From Azolla caroliniana (Eukaryota; Plantae; Polypodiophyta): a DNA stretch of 64,000 nt. Shown one piece after another: positions 38,088 to 51,959 of the stretch. The DNA is taken from the NCBI GenBank assembly GCA_043228905.1, contig JBHGNT010000008.1, positions 9,858,001 through 9,922,000 on the forward strand, read 5' to 3'. The notes below the pieces were generated by a model, which ran no database searches, had not been told where the DNA came from, and saw nothing but the letters and a program-made list of their open reading frames with translations. The position numbers and the translations under genes are program-made. Numbering within the stretch: the first letter of the stretch is position 1; every line of letters starts with the position of its first letter.

Positions 38088-40034
38088 ATGGCATCAACAT
38101 CCGGCTCGTCAGAAATGAGTCTACGAAAGTTCGATGGATCGAACTTCAACTTCTGGAAGGAGCAAATGCAGGACTATCTCATAGTCAAGGGGCAAATCGA
38201 TCCCATCGAAAATGAAGAACCTCCAGAAGGATACAAACCAATTGAGTGGCAGAAGCTGGACAGAATCGTCCGCGCCACGATTCGGATGCACCTATCGGAA
38301 TCGGTATACTTTACGGTGCAATCGTGTACGACAGCATTCGAACTGTGGAAAACACTGTCGGACACTTACGAAAAGAAGGTCGCCGCAACGAAGATGTTTC
38401 TGATCCGGCGCCTCTACAACTTGCGGATGAAAGAATCCGATTCGGTTCAAGCACATCTCAATGAGTACGAAAGCATAAGCTCCCAAATCTCATCTCAGGG
38501 GACGGCAATCGAGGATGAACTCAGAGCAATGATACTCATGAGCAGCCTTCCCTCATCATGGGAAACTTTCGTCACAACCGTGTGCAACGCGTCAACCACG
38601 GCTGTTAAATACTCCGAAGTCACGAGCGCAATCCTGACCGAAGCAGCTCGGAGAAAGTCTTTCGCCAAAGACTCAACAGACGACGCTTATGTAGTACAAG
38701 GTTCGACAGACCGATCGAACATACGAGGAAGAGATTCCTCACGGCAGCCGAACAATCAGCGAAGACGGAGCCAGTCACGGGATAATCGAATCTGCAACTA
38801 TTGCAAGAAACCCGGACACATCAAAGCCGACTGCCGCGCACTCAAGAACAAGAACGACAAGTCTCAGAAATCAGACAAGAAGAGTGGCCGGCATGAGGAG
38901 ATCAATTACGTCAGCTTCTCAGCTGATGTGCTACCAAACGACCCGAATATACTATCAATCGAAAATCCAGTCGGATCAGAAGTTCTGCTCACGACTGAAG
39001 AATCGAGCACATGGCTCTTAGATTCGGGCGCGTCATTTCACGTGACTCCTCATCGATCCCAATTTCGGCAATATACGATCAGTCACTCCGACTCAGTTCG
39101 AGTCGGCAACTCGCAACACTGTGACATCATTGGAATCGGCACAGTAGAGCTCAACCTTGCAGGTGGCTCTACACTTGTACTTCGCAATGTCCGACATGTA
39201 CCCGAGCTCTCAAGGCCATTGATCTCAGTCGGACAACTAGATGAAGACGACATTCGTGCCGGTTTTTCTTCGGGAGGGTGGACACTCCACAGGGGGAACC
39301 TCCTGCTTGCTAGAGGACCCAAGATACACTCACTGTATCCGTTACATGTTACGCTCAGAGAGGGTAACCTGTTTTTGGTGGATATTCCTGTGTCATCACT
39401 ATGGCACAGAAGATTAGGACACCTCAGCAAGGCCGGCATTACGCACCTATCTAGAGCCGGATACATCCCTAAACTCTCCTTCTCGGACCATCAATTCTGC
39501 GAACATTGCCAGTATGGCAAACAAGCAGCCGCATCACACCCGACATCAGCACCAAGAGAAACGAGACCTCTCGATTTAGTCCACTCGGACGTCTGTGGCC
39601 CAATGCCGCATCAGTCTCTCGGCGGTGCCTCTTACTTCGTCAGTTTTATTGACGATTCGACTCGAAAGGTGTGGGCTTATCCAATTCGCACCAAAGATCG
39701 TGTCTTCTCGATCTTCTCCGATTGGCTCGCTATGGTAGAAAATCAAACTGACCGAAAACTGAAATGCTTTCGGACCGACAATGGGGGAGAGTTCAAATCA
39801 GAAGAATTCGTCAAATTCTGCCGACAATGCAGCATCCGACGTGAATTTACGGCACCACACAGTCCGGAGCAAAACGGGATTGCAGAACGCATGAATCGGA
39901 CAATCCAAGAACGGATAGTTTCCATGCTCCAACTCTCCGGACTGTCGGATGGCTTCTGGGCAGAGGCTCTACTCACGGCAGTACACATAATCAATATGTC
40001 GCCAAGCAGACCTCTAGGACTTCAAATTCCTCAG
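38088..40034 (+). pseudogene. Element C polyprotein, 5' part (gag, PR, INT)
   Basis: CNYCKKPGHIKADC, WLLDSGAS and RTDNGGEF motifs. Joins in frame to 45348 once element F is removed. Confidence 0.95.
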
Positions 40035-43000
40035 TGTTGGGGATCGACCCTTCTATTAACCTTCACCGCTCGGCCACAACCGAGCAAGCGCGAATCAATG
40101 GAGCAGAAAATGGGAAATGCAAAAAATTAGAGAGGACACACGATTTATCGTGGAAAACCCTGTACGGGAAAAACCACGGGAGTACAAGACTCCAAACCAA
40201 CACTATGCACAAGAAAGTATACAATGGCGAGCTGCAAGGCGACGACCTTGAGCTCGCTGTCCTCGCCACAGGCGGCGGAAATACACAGAGGCGTCGTCCT
40301 CTTCCTCTCTCGCGCTCTATCTCTCTCTCTCGCTCACGGCTGCTCTCTCTTCACTCCTCTAGAGTGGAAAAACAGAAAAATGAATAGCAGTAACAAAACT
40401 GTTTGCCCTAAGTCATATTTATACACATATGACTTTAGGGCTATTTACAACTATAGCCTCAAGGGCCCTTGGCAAACATATTCGCAGATATGTCCCCGCA
40501 TCCGGATCTCGCTTCGGGTACATTCGTCATCCGGTTCCGAAACCGGGGTCTTCATCATCCGGTTCCGAAACCGAAACCGGGCTTGTCGGCATTCATCTTC
40601 GGACATCCGACCATCCCATCCGAAAGGGACCATAATCCCAACAAACTCCCCCTTCACTTCGGTATGGGATGTCTCTCCAATCCTATCCTCTTCCGGCATG
40701 CTTCCAGCTTGTCGGGTGTGAGCACCTTGGTCAGCATATCCGACCCGTTCTCGTCCGTGTGGATCTTCGTCAGCACGAACTCCTGGTCTTCTATCCTTTC
40801 CCGGATCCAGTGATATCTTCGCTGGATGTGCTTCGTCCGGGAGTGATAGGCCGCGTTCTTCGCAAAGTGGATTGCGCTCTGACTGTCGCAGTAGAGTCGG
40901 TACTCCTCCTGTCGGATACCGAGCTCTCTAATGAAGTCCTTCATCCATATCATTTCCTTGCCGGCTTCAACAGCCGCCATGTACTCCGCCTCCGTGGTTG
41001 ACAACGCAACCGTCTTCTGCAGCCTCGACTGCCATGAAACAGCTCCCCCTGCATACGTCATCACATACCCTGATGTGGACCGGCTGGTATCTGCATCAGC
41101 CGACATATCCGAATCGGTGAAGCCGTCGAGTTCGGGCTTACCGGAGCCGAATCGGAGGCACACGTTTACCGTGCCCTTCAGGTATCGGAGTATCCACTTG
41201 GCCGCGTTCCAATGCTCTTTGCCGGGATTGCTCATGTATCGGCTCACCACTCCGACTGCATATCCGATGTCCGGTCTCGTACACACCATGGCGTACATCA
41301 AGCTCCCGACAGCTGAGGCATATGGCACTTTCATCATATCCTCCTTTTCAACCTTTGTCTTGGGACTTTGCTTGTTGGACAGCTTGCAGTTTGCCGGGAG
41401 GGTCGATCCGACCGGTCTTGCTTCCGACATGTTGAACCGTTCAAGCACCTTTGTCACGTACTTCTCCTGTGACAGCCACAACTGCTTCTTGCTCCGGTCC
41501 CGGATGATGTGCATCCCTAGTATTTGTCTCGCCGGACCCAAGTCCTTCATTGAGAAGGTTCGGTGAAGAGCCTTCTTCAGCATCCGTATCTTGACCTGGT
41601 CCCGTCCGACGATCAACATGTCGTCCACGTACAGGAGGAGTATTAGAAAGTCTCCTCCTTCGAACTTCTTCACAAACACGCAGTGGTCGGACTGCGTTTT
41701 GAGATACCCTTCGTCGGTCATGAAGGAGTCGAACTTCCGGTACCATTGCCGGGGAGCCTGCTTCAGTCCGTAAAGGCTCTTCTTCAACCGGCATACCAGG
41801 TGCTCCTTCCCTTTCTTCTCGAATCCTTCCGGTTGCTGCATGTAGATCTCTTCATCGAGGTCACCGTGAAGGAATGCCGTCTTCACGTCCATCTGTTCTA
41901 CCTCGAGGTCCATGCTTGCCGCTATGCTCAGCACCGTCCGGATGGAGGTCATCTTCACTACCGGGGCAAATATCTCGTCGAAGTCGACGCCCTTCTTCTG
42001 CTGAAACCCCTTCACCACGATCCTGGCTTTGTATCTCGGGGGGTTTCCGGCATCTCCCGGTTTCAGCTTGAACACCCACTTGTTACGGAGTGCCCGTTTT
42101 CCTTTCGACAGCTCCACAAGTTCATATGTGTGGTTCTCATGCAGGGAATCCATCTCGTCCTGCATGGCACTCAACCACCTGCGGCTCTGGGTGTCGTGCT
42201 TTGCTTCTTCAAAGCTCTCCGGCTCCCCCTCGTCGGTTAGCAGCACGTGCTCTGGATCCGGAAATCTCCGGGGGGCCCTCCTCTCTCTTAGAGGATATCT
42301 CCGTTCGGGAGCTTCGGTAACCGGTTCTTCCGATTCTTCTTCTTCATCCGAATCCATTTCGGGATCGGGGCCGGTTCCGGTATCATTTTCATCTTCTTCG
42401 GCCGGTTCTGTTTCTTCACCGTCTTCGGCCGGATCCTCGAGTGCTAACCGGTCCCTTGCCGGTCGGGACTGCTCCTCGTAGAGTTGATCCTCACCGGTCG
42501 ACTTGGAGCTCTTCATCTTCTTCTCCGACTCCCAGTCGGCGAGTGTCTTGTTCTCCATGAAGATGATATCTCGACTCCTGAATATCTTCTTGTCGACCGG
42601 GTCCCATACTCGGTAGCCGAACTCGTCGTCGCCGTAACCGAGGAATATGCATGGCCGGGTCTTTGGATCTAGCTTTCCTCTCCGGTCCTTTGCCACATGC
42701 ACGTATTGGAGACACCCGAACACCTTCAGATGCCGGTAGGATACTTCCCTACCGGTCCACACTCTCTGCGGCGTGTCTCCGTCCAAAGGTACTGAGGGTG
42801 ATCGGTTTATCACATATGTCGCCGTCGACATTGCCTCAGCCCAAAACCCCTTGGGTAATTTCGCATGCGCCAGCATACTCCGGACCCTCTCCATTATGGT
42901 CCGGTTCATCCTCTCGGCCAGCCCGTTCAGTTCCGGCGTCTTCGGCACAGTAAACTCGAGCCGGATTCCCTTCGAGCGACAGTACTCCTGGAAATGTCCC

Positions 43001-45342
43001 CGGTATTCCCCTCCGTTATCCGCTCGTATCGCTTTCAGCTTCTTGCCGGATTCTCTTTCCACTCTCGCGTGGAGTTCTTTGAAGACGGACAACACTTGGT
43101 CCTTTGTCTTCATCGGTGCCGTCCACAGTCTTCGGCTATGATCATCTATGAATGTTACGAAGTACTGGGCTCCGCCATGTGACTTAGTTTCTACCTGACA
43201 CACATCGGTGTGCACCAACTCCAATGGTGCTCTACGTCTCGTCGGTGGCCTTGAGTGGAAGGAGGCTCGGTTCTGCTTACCGGCCAGGCAATCGGTGCAC
43301 TTCTCCAGGTGCACATGCTTCACTGGAATGAGGTTGTCTTCTGCAAGCCTCTTCATCCCCTTCTCACTCATGTGGCACAGTCTCTTGTGCCACAGCTCAC
43401 CGGCAGTGTCGGCTGCCACGTTCAGCTCTTCCGGACATAACCGGGCATTCATCAGTTACAGTGTGTTGACTTTCCGAGCCCGAGCCACTATCAGGCTCCC
43501 CTTGCTGAACTTCATTACGCCGTTCCGGATGCTACCTGTGTAGCCTTCATCGTCTAGCCTCCCGGCCGAAATCAGGTTCAATCGAACCTCCGGAACGTGT
43601 CGGACATCCTTCAGCAGCATTTTGCATCCGGTCGGGGTTGTCAACCACACGTCTCCGATGCCGGCAATCCGGCACATACCTTCATTTCCCATCCGAACAC
43701 AGCCATGCTCACCGGCTGTGTAGGATGAGAAGTATCTTCTCTCCGGGGTCAGGTGGAACGATGCTCCGGAATCGACCACCCAGGTCGTCTCATCGCCGGC
43801 AATGTTTAGTTCACCTTCTTCGGTGATGAGCATGATTTCTTCCTCACTTGCCGCGAGTGCCGTTGTTCCTTTCCGGTCCTGCCCTCGCCGATCCGAACCT
43901 CTCCGGTCCGTGGCTCCCCGGTATGCACCGTTTCTCTCCGGTGACTTCTTCGAATCGGTGTCGTCGGCTCCGTTGTCTTTTCGGTAATGCCGACAATTCT
44001 TTCGGAAGTGCCCCGGTTTCCCACAGTGGAAGCATGTGGGCCTTCCTCTTGACTGCGACCGGGTCCCCAACTTCTCCCGTCTTTGCGGACTCCGGTTCCA
44101 TTGTCTTCCCCGATCCGATTCGGTAAGCAGCGCCTTCGGGTCGGAGGCCGGTTCTTTATCTCTCCGACGCGCTTCTTCGTTCAAAATACTTGTCTTTACC
44201 GTTTGCAAGGACAAGTTATCTTCTGTGCAGGAGGTGCTGAGAGTCACCACCAAGTTCTCCCAGCTTTCCGGCAATGTACACATCAGGATGATGGCTTGCA
44301 TTGCATCCTCCAACGGGAACTTGATCGCCGCAAGCTGATTCACGAATCCCATGAATGTGCTTACGTGTTCCACCATACTCTCGCCATCCCGGTACTTGAG
44401 ATTCACTATCTTCCTCATCAGGGAGGTCCGGTTCAACGCATTCTTCCTCTCGTAGAGGCCCGACAGCTTCTTCCACATCTCATATGCGTTGGTGTCGTTC
44501 GCCACATGTTGTAGGACGCTTACATCGACATACTGTCGGATCGTCGCTACGGCTTTCCGGTTCAGGAGCTTCCACTCCGACTCAAGTACCCCTTTCGGTA
44601 TTTCCGACCTGTCGATCGGTTCGTACAGGTCCCGAACAATCAGAAGATCCTCCATCTTGATCTTCCAGTCGGCGTAATTCTGCGCATTCAGCACCATCAT
44701 CCCCGGCTGCCCGCTGCCGCCGCCTTCCATTTTCTGCAGCAACTCGCTCTGATACCAAATTGTTGGGGATCGACCCTTCTATTAACCTTCACCGCTCGGC
44801 CACAACCGAGCAAGCGCGAATCAATGGAGCAGAAAATGGGAAATGCAAAAAATTAGAGAGGACACACGATTTATCGTGGAAAACCCTGTACGGGAAAAAC
44901 CACGGGAGTACAAGACTCCAAACCAACACTATGCACAAGAAAGTATACAATGGCGAGCTGCAAGGCGACGACCTTGAGCTCGCTGTCCTCGCCACAGGCG
45001 GCGGAAATACACAGAGGCGTCGTCCTCTTCCTCTCTCGCGCTCTATCTCTCTCTCTCGCTCACGGCTGCTCTCTCTTCACTCCTCTAGAGTGGAAAAACA
45101 GAAAAATGAATAGCAGTAACAAAACATATGACTTTAGGGCTATTTACAACTATAGCCTCAAGGGCCCTTGGCAAACATATTCGCAGATATGTCCCCGCAT
45201 CCGGATCTCGCTCCGGGTACATTCGTCATCCGGTTCCGAAACCGGGGTCTTCATCATCCGGTTCCGAAACCGAAACCGGGCTTGTCGGCATTCATCTTCG
45301 GACATCCGACCATCCCATCCGAAAGGGACCATAATCCCAACA
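40035..45342 (-). mobile_element. Full-length Ty1/copia element F
   Basis: LTRs 44761-45342 (5') and 40035-40643 (3'). PBS at 44746-44757. PPT at about 40646-40655. TSD ctcag at 40030-40034 and 45343-45347. Confidence 0.97.
40654..44730 (-). pseudogene. Element F gag-pol with one premature TAA (43456-43458)
   Basis: The two ORF pieces share one frame, and all copia domains are present. Confidence 0.95.
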
Positions 45343-45347
45343 CTCAG

Positions 45348-47432
45348 GAACTATGGATCGGCAGTAAGCCGAATTACAACAAGCTGAGGATCTTCGGATG
45401 CGAGGCGTACGCCCTTATTCCGAAAGATGATCGCCGAAAACTTGCACCTCGGTCTAGGAAATGCATTTTCCTTGGATATGGATCAGACGGCGAAATGGGA
45501 TACCGACTCTGGGACCCCGAACGCAGACAAATCGTTTGAAGTTCGGACGTTGTGTTCAACGAGTCGGCTATGAATCCATCAGTCGAAAAACCGATCGAAG
45601 TCCGAAGGGTAACATTTTCCGATGTGCCGACCCTTCAAGAAGGCCCCGCTCTTAACACACGGTCAGCTTCACGGGTAGCTGAACCTTCCACTACCGACTC
45701 GGACAACTCCGACTCGGCACAGCAGAATAATTCGCTTTCGGACCATCCGACCTCGATACCCGATGCGACCAATCCAATCATACCTCGACGATCCGAGAGA
45801 CTGTCGCAACCTCCGGAGAGGTATTCTCCTGGAATTTTCTTCACCGACGCCGGCGAACCGACGTCTTACGAAGAAGCATCGACATCTGTCGATTCAGCCA
45901 CCTGGCATCTGGCGATGGAGTCGGAAATGCACTCCATTCGGGCAAACAAGACTTGGGATCTGGTCGAATTACCTAAGAATCGACGTGCTCTTCCTTGCAA
46001 GTGGGTTTATCGACTAAAAGAGACGTCTGATTCGACCACCCCAAAGTACAAGGCCAGATTAGTTGCGAAGGGCTTCCGACAAGAATATGGCGTCGACTTC
46101 GACGAGATTTTTTCACCAGTGGTGAAAATGACAACCCTTCGTTTTCTACTCGGCGTAGTGGCAGCCGACAACTTGGAGCTGATTCAGCTAGATGTCAAAA
46201 CAGCCTTCCTCCATGGTGATCTTGAAGAGGAAATTTATATGGAGCAGCCAAAAGGCTTCGTTGCACCTGGCCAAGAACATCTAGTCTGCCGACTCAGGAA
46301 GAGTCTATACGGCCTCAAACAGGCACCGCGACAATGGTACAAGAAGTTCGACGACTTCATCCAATCGATCGGCTTCTCAAAAAGCGATGAGGACCATTGT
46401 CTTTTTACCAGCACAGCTCAAGATGGATCACCCATCTTCCTCATCATTTACGTGGACGACATGCTAATTTCTGGACGCCACGCAGGCGAACTTGCCGATC
46501 TCATTCGGCAACTGCAGTTGAAGTTTGCCATGAAGGACCTCGGTCCGGCACGACACATACTTGGCATGAAGATTAGTCGGCATCGCGATAAACGACATCT
46601 TTTTTTGTCTCAGACCGACTATATCGGACGTGTCTTGGAACGCTTCAACATGCAATCAGCCAAATCTGCTTCAACCCCGCTCCCCATGAATCTTCGGCTC
46701 TCTCAGCGAGACTGCCCGACATCCGGTCCGGAGGGGGAAGATATGAAGTCGGTACCGTATGCACCGGCAGTCGGCTCCCTTATGTACCTGATGGTCGCGA
46801 CACGGCCTGATATCTCTCATGCCGTAGGAGTCGTTAGCAGATTTATGCACAATCCTGGCCGATCGCATTGGAACGCAGTCAAGCATGTGTTCAAATATCT
46901 GGCTGGCACAAAAGATCACGGCATTCTTTTCGGCCCGAACTCAACCTCAGGCGTAGTCGGTTACACCGACTCGGACTTCGCCGGCTGTATAGACAGTCGG
47001 AAATCAACAACTGGATACTGCTTCAAATTCGGCAATGGAGCAATTTCGTGGAAGTCGAAACTTCAGGAGTGCACAGCGACCTCAACGACCGAAGCAGAAT
47101 ATGTAGCTGCGTCCGACGCTGCAAAAGAAGCTTTGTGGCTCGGCCGGCTGGCGCACACGTTCCGACAAGTCGACCATGACTCGGCCCCAGTTGTCTATAG
47201 CGACAGTCAAGGTGTTGTTGCCTTGTCGAGAAATCCGGTTCACCACAACGCCTCCAAACATATCGACGTTCGGTATCACTTCGTTCGGGACTGCGTCATT
47301 TCAGGGAAAATCGGTCTAGAGAAAATATCCACAACCGACAATGTCGCAGATGGAATGACCAAGTGTCTTTCGGCAGACCGCTTTCGGTCCCTTCGGCATC
47401 AGATGGGCGTATCGACAAACCAGTCCGGTTAG
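45348..47432 (+). pseudogene. Element C polyprotein, 3' part (INT end, RT, RNase H); TGA at 45537
   Basis: [15 protein letters not shown] and STTEAEY motifs. Confidence 0.95.
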
Positions 47433-47809
47433 AGTCGGACACAGCGCAGGATGGTTTCCGACAACCGACATCAGTTCCTTAACGATCGGCTTCAACTCTT
47501 CCGACCCGACCAGTCCGGTCTTCTGCCTTCGGACCTTGCCGACTCAAACAAAACTGATATGTCCGAGAACCTAGGTTTATACCTGTAATCTTAGATAACC
47601 CATGTATACGCCCATTACGGGGGAGTGTCGAATACAAGTGTATAATGGACGTATTCACACTATCTCTTTGTATAGATCAAGTTTGGGCCATTTGTGTAAT
47701 TAGCATAAATGGTAGTTGCCCTAAGTCGGTCACTATATAAAGTGACCTTGTAACCTTTTTGTAAGGTTGGTTGTATTATTCTTTTCTATTGAATAAAGAG
47801 TCTTTTGTG

Positions 47810-47843
<34 letters not shown>

Positions 47844-47946
47844 CATCTCTGTGCACGACCTTAGAAACTGTCATACGCAGGTATTCAACCCTAATCGAAT
47901 GCTGCTTGATCTTCCGCATCGACACGGCCTTGTCCCCAACAATAGT

Positions 47947-49058
47947 TACCGAAGACGTTCTGGGTCGGGGCACTCATGACGACAGTGTATGTGATAAACC
48001 GATCACCCTCAGTACCCTTGGATGGTGATATTCCACAGAGGGTGTGGAATGGTAAAGACGTTTCATACCGACACTTGAGCGTGTACAACTAGCTTGCCTA
48101 TGTGCATGTTGCAAAAGACTAGAGGGGGAGGGGGAAGCTGGACCCGAAATCTCGGCCATGTATATTTCTTGGCTACGACGACGATGAATTGGGCTATCGG
48201 CTATGGGACTTAGCCGAGAAGAAGGTGATTAGGAGCGAAGACATCGTCTTCATGAAAGAGAAGACGATTGTAGACTGGGAGATTGAGAATAAGTCTCCAA
48301 CTATCGAATCGAGCCGAGTCGATGCTTGACCGAATTGAGTAGAAGTCGGCCAATTTAATACTCGACAAAATCGAGAACTGACTGAAGAACACAACACGGG
48401 CGACCGATGGAACAACGTTGAGCATCGTGGCCATCATGGATCTCGAAGTTGAGGAGCTAGACGTCAAGACTGCCTTCCTTCATGGAGATTTGGAGGAAGA
48501 GATACACATGCACCAGCCGGAAGGATTCGAAGAAAAAGGTAAAGAAAAATTGGTATACCGATTGAGAAAGAGCTTGTACGGGCTTAAGCAAGCACCTCGG
48601 CAATGGTACAGAAAGTTCGAATCTTTCATGGTGGATCACGGTTTCGGCAAGACACAAGACAGGCTGATCACTGCGTCTTTGTCAAGAAGTGGATGGAGGA
48701 GATTTTCTCATCCTCCTGTTGTATGTGGATGGCATGATGATTGTCAGAGACAGGTCCCGAGGAAAATCGTAAGTTTGAAGAAGGTCGTTCTCGAGTAGGT
48801 CGTTCTCGAGAAAGATATGGGTCTGTCAAAACAAATCCTAGGAATGCACATTGTTCGAAATCAAACAAAGAAATTGTTATGGCTGTCACAGGAGAAGTAC
48901 GTGACAAAAGTGCTCCAGACTGAAAGCGCGAAACCGGTCGGCTTGACACTGTCGACAAACTGGAAGCTGAGCAAGTAGATACAACGGAGATATCATTGTC
49001 TCCGAGAGCAAGTAGAAGAGAAGGAGTTTGCTCTAGTAAAGGTACATACAACGGAGAA
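47947..49058 (+). pseudogene. Copia G continuation: deleted INT, RT and RNase H fragments
   Basis: PKTFW, LDVKTAFLHG and LKQAPRQW motifs. Confidence 0.85.
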
Positions 49059-51959
49059 TGTTGGCCGCCTTGGACGGCCAAGTGGGGAAACTCGAAAAGA
49101 AAAGGCAAAGGTATGCGAATTGGGGTCATAGTGTAATTATTGACAGGAACTGAACGCTCCCTATACACAACGCTCGGCCACAACTGAGCTTAGAATCATA
49201 CACAGAAAACGGGAAATAAAGCACGACACGAAGAAGAGAAGAGTACGCAGGATGTTTACGTGTAAAACCCAAACTAAGGGAAAAACCACGGCAGCCCAGA
49301 GGCTGCAAACTATCACTATGTTAGAATGTACAACAGTGAGTTCATGGAGGCAACGACCTCGTGCTCACGATCCTCGCCACAGGCAGCGGTTTACAACAGA
49401 GGCAACGACCTCGTTCTCTCTCTCTCTCTCTCTGTACACAGTTACGCGCTCTCTCTTTTCTTGCACCAACAAGAATGACAACAACCAACTAAAAGTTTGC
49501 CCTAAGTCACATTTATACTAATATGACTTTTCGGCTATTTACAAATATAGCCATGATGGACTCTCATAAACATATTTACTAATATGTCTCTTCATCCGGT
49601 GAGCACTCCTCACCGGGTCTGCATCATCCAGCTCTCCGTAGCCGGGTACTCTTCATCCGGTTCTCACCGGGTCTGCACCATCCGGCTCTCCGTAGTCGGG
49701 TACTCCTCATCCGGTTCTCACCGGGTCTGTACCATCCGGCTCTCCGTAGCCGGGTACTCCTCATCCGGTCTTCACCGGGTCTGCACCATCCGGCTCTCCG
49801 TAGCCGGGTACTCCTCATCCGGTCTTCACCGGGTCTGCACCATCCGGCTCTCCGTAGCCGGGTACTCCTCATCCGGTTCTCACCGAGTTTGCACCATCCG
49901 GCTCTCCGTAGCTGGGTACTCGTCATCCGGTTCTCATCGAGTTTGTTCATCGGCACTATTCTTCTCCCTTCCCATCCGGAGGGACCTGTCTCCCAACAAT
50001 TATGAGGGAATAGTGGCAGTCGTAGAATACGACTAAACATTATGTACGCATGTAACGGTTCACACGCAAAGCGTTAGCGACCATGCCCTTGTATATAAAG
50101 GGCATGGAAAACCTGTAATAGCTAGCATAGAAATTCTTGTATACAAGCTCTGGAATATAGTTTCTGTTTTGCCAAACTTCCTGTGTTCTATGCATAATTG
50201 TGCTCCGCATAATTAGTTGTGTTGAGTTATTTTTGTGTCAAGATATACGCTTCGTATATAATATCATAGGGAGTCGGTTTAGCCATCTTCCCATCCTCCA
50301 CAGTCTCCACGGTTACGCTCGCACTATGTACTCCACACATAGTCATCTGTAAGACAGTCGTGACATACTTGCCCTTCTCTGAACCATAATTCCCTTGAGC
50401 CGAACCCCGAAGGACTGAGGGTTAGGCATCGTGTCTACCATAGCTGGTAACACTTTTGGCACGCTTGGTGGTCTGTGACACTTACATAGCCAAACATCAC
50501 GGGATGGATGTCATCTAGCCGTAGAGGCACAAAGAAACAACCCGCCAAGGTAAACCCCAAACTCGGGCTGAATCCCGAAAAGCGGAGGAACGTGCTGCGG
50601 AAAGTTCGTGCCTCGAAAACCACTTATAGGAACTCTCTGAAAGCACATTCGAGTCAGTGCTCACTGAGCAGAGCGGGACTGGGCAGGAGGTCCTCTGCCC
50701 ACTTCACTTGAACAGGGAAAGCACTAGTACAACTCAGCCCTCACCACGCCGGTCTGAGTCTGCTTACGACAACCCCGGACGCTCTACGGACATGGCAATG
50801 GCATTCTCGTATCCCCGTTACAACAAAGAAACCAATGTGGAAGCCCAAACTCGATCATTCCTCAATGTCTGGAGCGCAAACCACAGGTCGCAATGGCTTC
50901 TAGAGGCTTAAGCTCACGCTTCTAAAATCGCAGAGTTCAGACTCACTCTCGACGAGCGAGTGGCATCAATGCAATGGCCCCTATTTGATTGGATCGGAAG
51001 TGGTTATAGAGACAAATTGTTTGGCGATCGTTGGAATGATTTCAAGATTCTCTTCTATAGATATATCCATGTTGAAATGGGTTGCCGATATTAAAATGTT
51101 TAACCTAGAGATCTGACACATTATAGGGAAAAACAATGTTATGGTTGATATGTTGTCCCAAGCACGGACTATTCTAGAGCCATCCTCTCTAGAGGAAGAG
51201 GATGAGTTTGATAAAGGATTCTTTTGTAATGAGATTGGTGTACAAGTGCCTAAATTAAGAGAGGAGGAATATGAAGGAGAGTTACTGCAAATCGGGAAAT
51301 TCCTGCAAGCACAAGAAGGAAACCCTGATTGGATGCCAAAGGATATTCGACTATTTAGGAAGAAGGCTTATTGGTTTTTCTTTATCAAACACATCCTCTT
51401 CCTCTAGAGAGGATGGATATCTTTGGAGACTTGCAAAGAAAGTTAAGGATCCCCCAACTCAAGCTATCGGTTTATAGGTTCAGAAAGATAAGAATATTTT
51501 AGATTTTCGTGGTAGTCATTGGGCTGGACATAAAGGAGTGGTAAACACATTTTCGAAGATTAAGGATCGGTATTGGTGGAAAGGAATGTATGCGGATATT
51601 CAAAGGTATGTGGAATCATGCATTGAATGTCAAATGTATTCCAATTACAAGGTGAGAGATGAGCAACATTCGACCTACTCACTTGTATTGCATTATAAGT
51701 GGATGGTGGATATAGTTCATATGCCCACTGGTCGAAATAAAATGAAATACTTGGTTCTTGCTCGGGAGGATTTGTCCAACCAGGTGGAAGGAAGACCTCT
51801 CCGAAACAAGTCTGCATCGGCTGTTCTAAAGTTTTTATTAGAAGATGTAATTTGTTGATATGGTAATGTTGGGCAGATTATAACAGATCGAGGGGAGCTT
51901 CATTCGGATGAGGCTCGAATGTTCTTCCAAAGATTCAGATCCGACTGAATCTGACTACT
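49059..51959 (+). mobile_element. Degenerate non-chromovirus gypsy: LTR 49059-50452 (interrupted), PBS tggcacgc at 50457, gag and integrase remnants
   Basis: Ends tgttggcc...ggtaaca. Gag FSYPRYNKETNVEA. Integrase WWKGMYADIQRYVESCIECQ and WMVDIVHMP. Confidence 0.8.
49141..49998 (-). mobile_element. Copia solo LTR related to element B, with about 6 copies of a 54-bp unit
   Basis: TG...CA ends. TSD attat at 49136-49140 and 49999-50003. Confidence 0.93.

Larger units (their letters stand above)
37074..47941 (+). mobile_element. Full-length Ty1/copia element C, interrupted by element F
   Basis: 316-bp LTRs at 37074-37389 and 47626-47941 with about 2 visible differences. PBS at 37392-37403. TSD atagt at 37069-37073 and 47942-47946. 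Confidence 0.97.

Noticed and set aside
40669-44514. Many plus-strand ORFs over element F
   Set aside because: They are antisense shadows of the GC-rich gag-pol frame.
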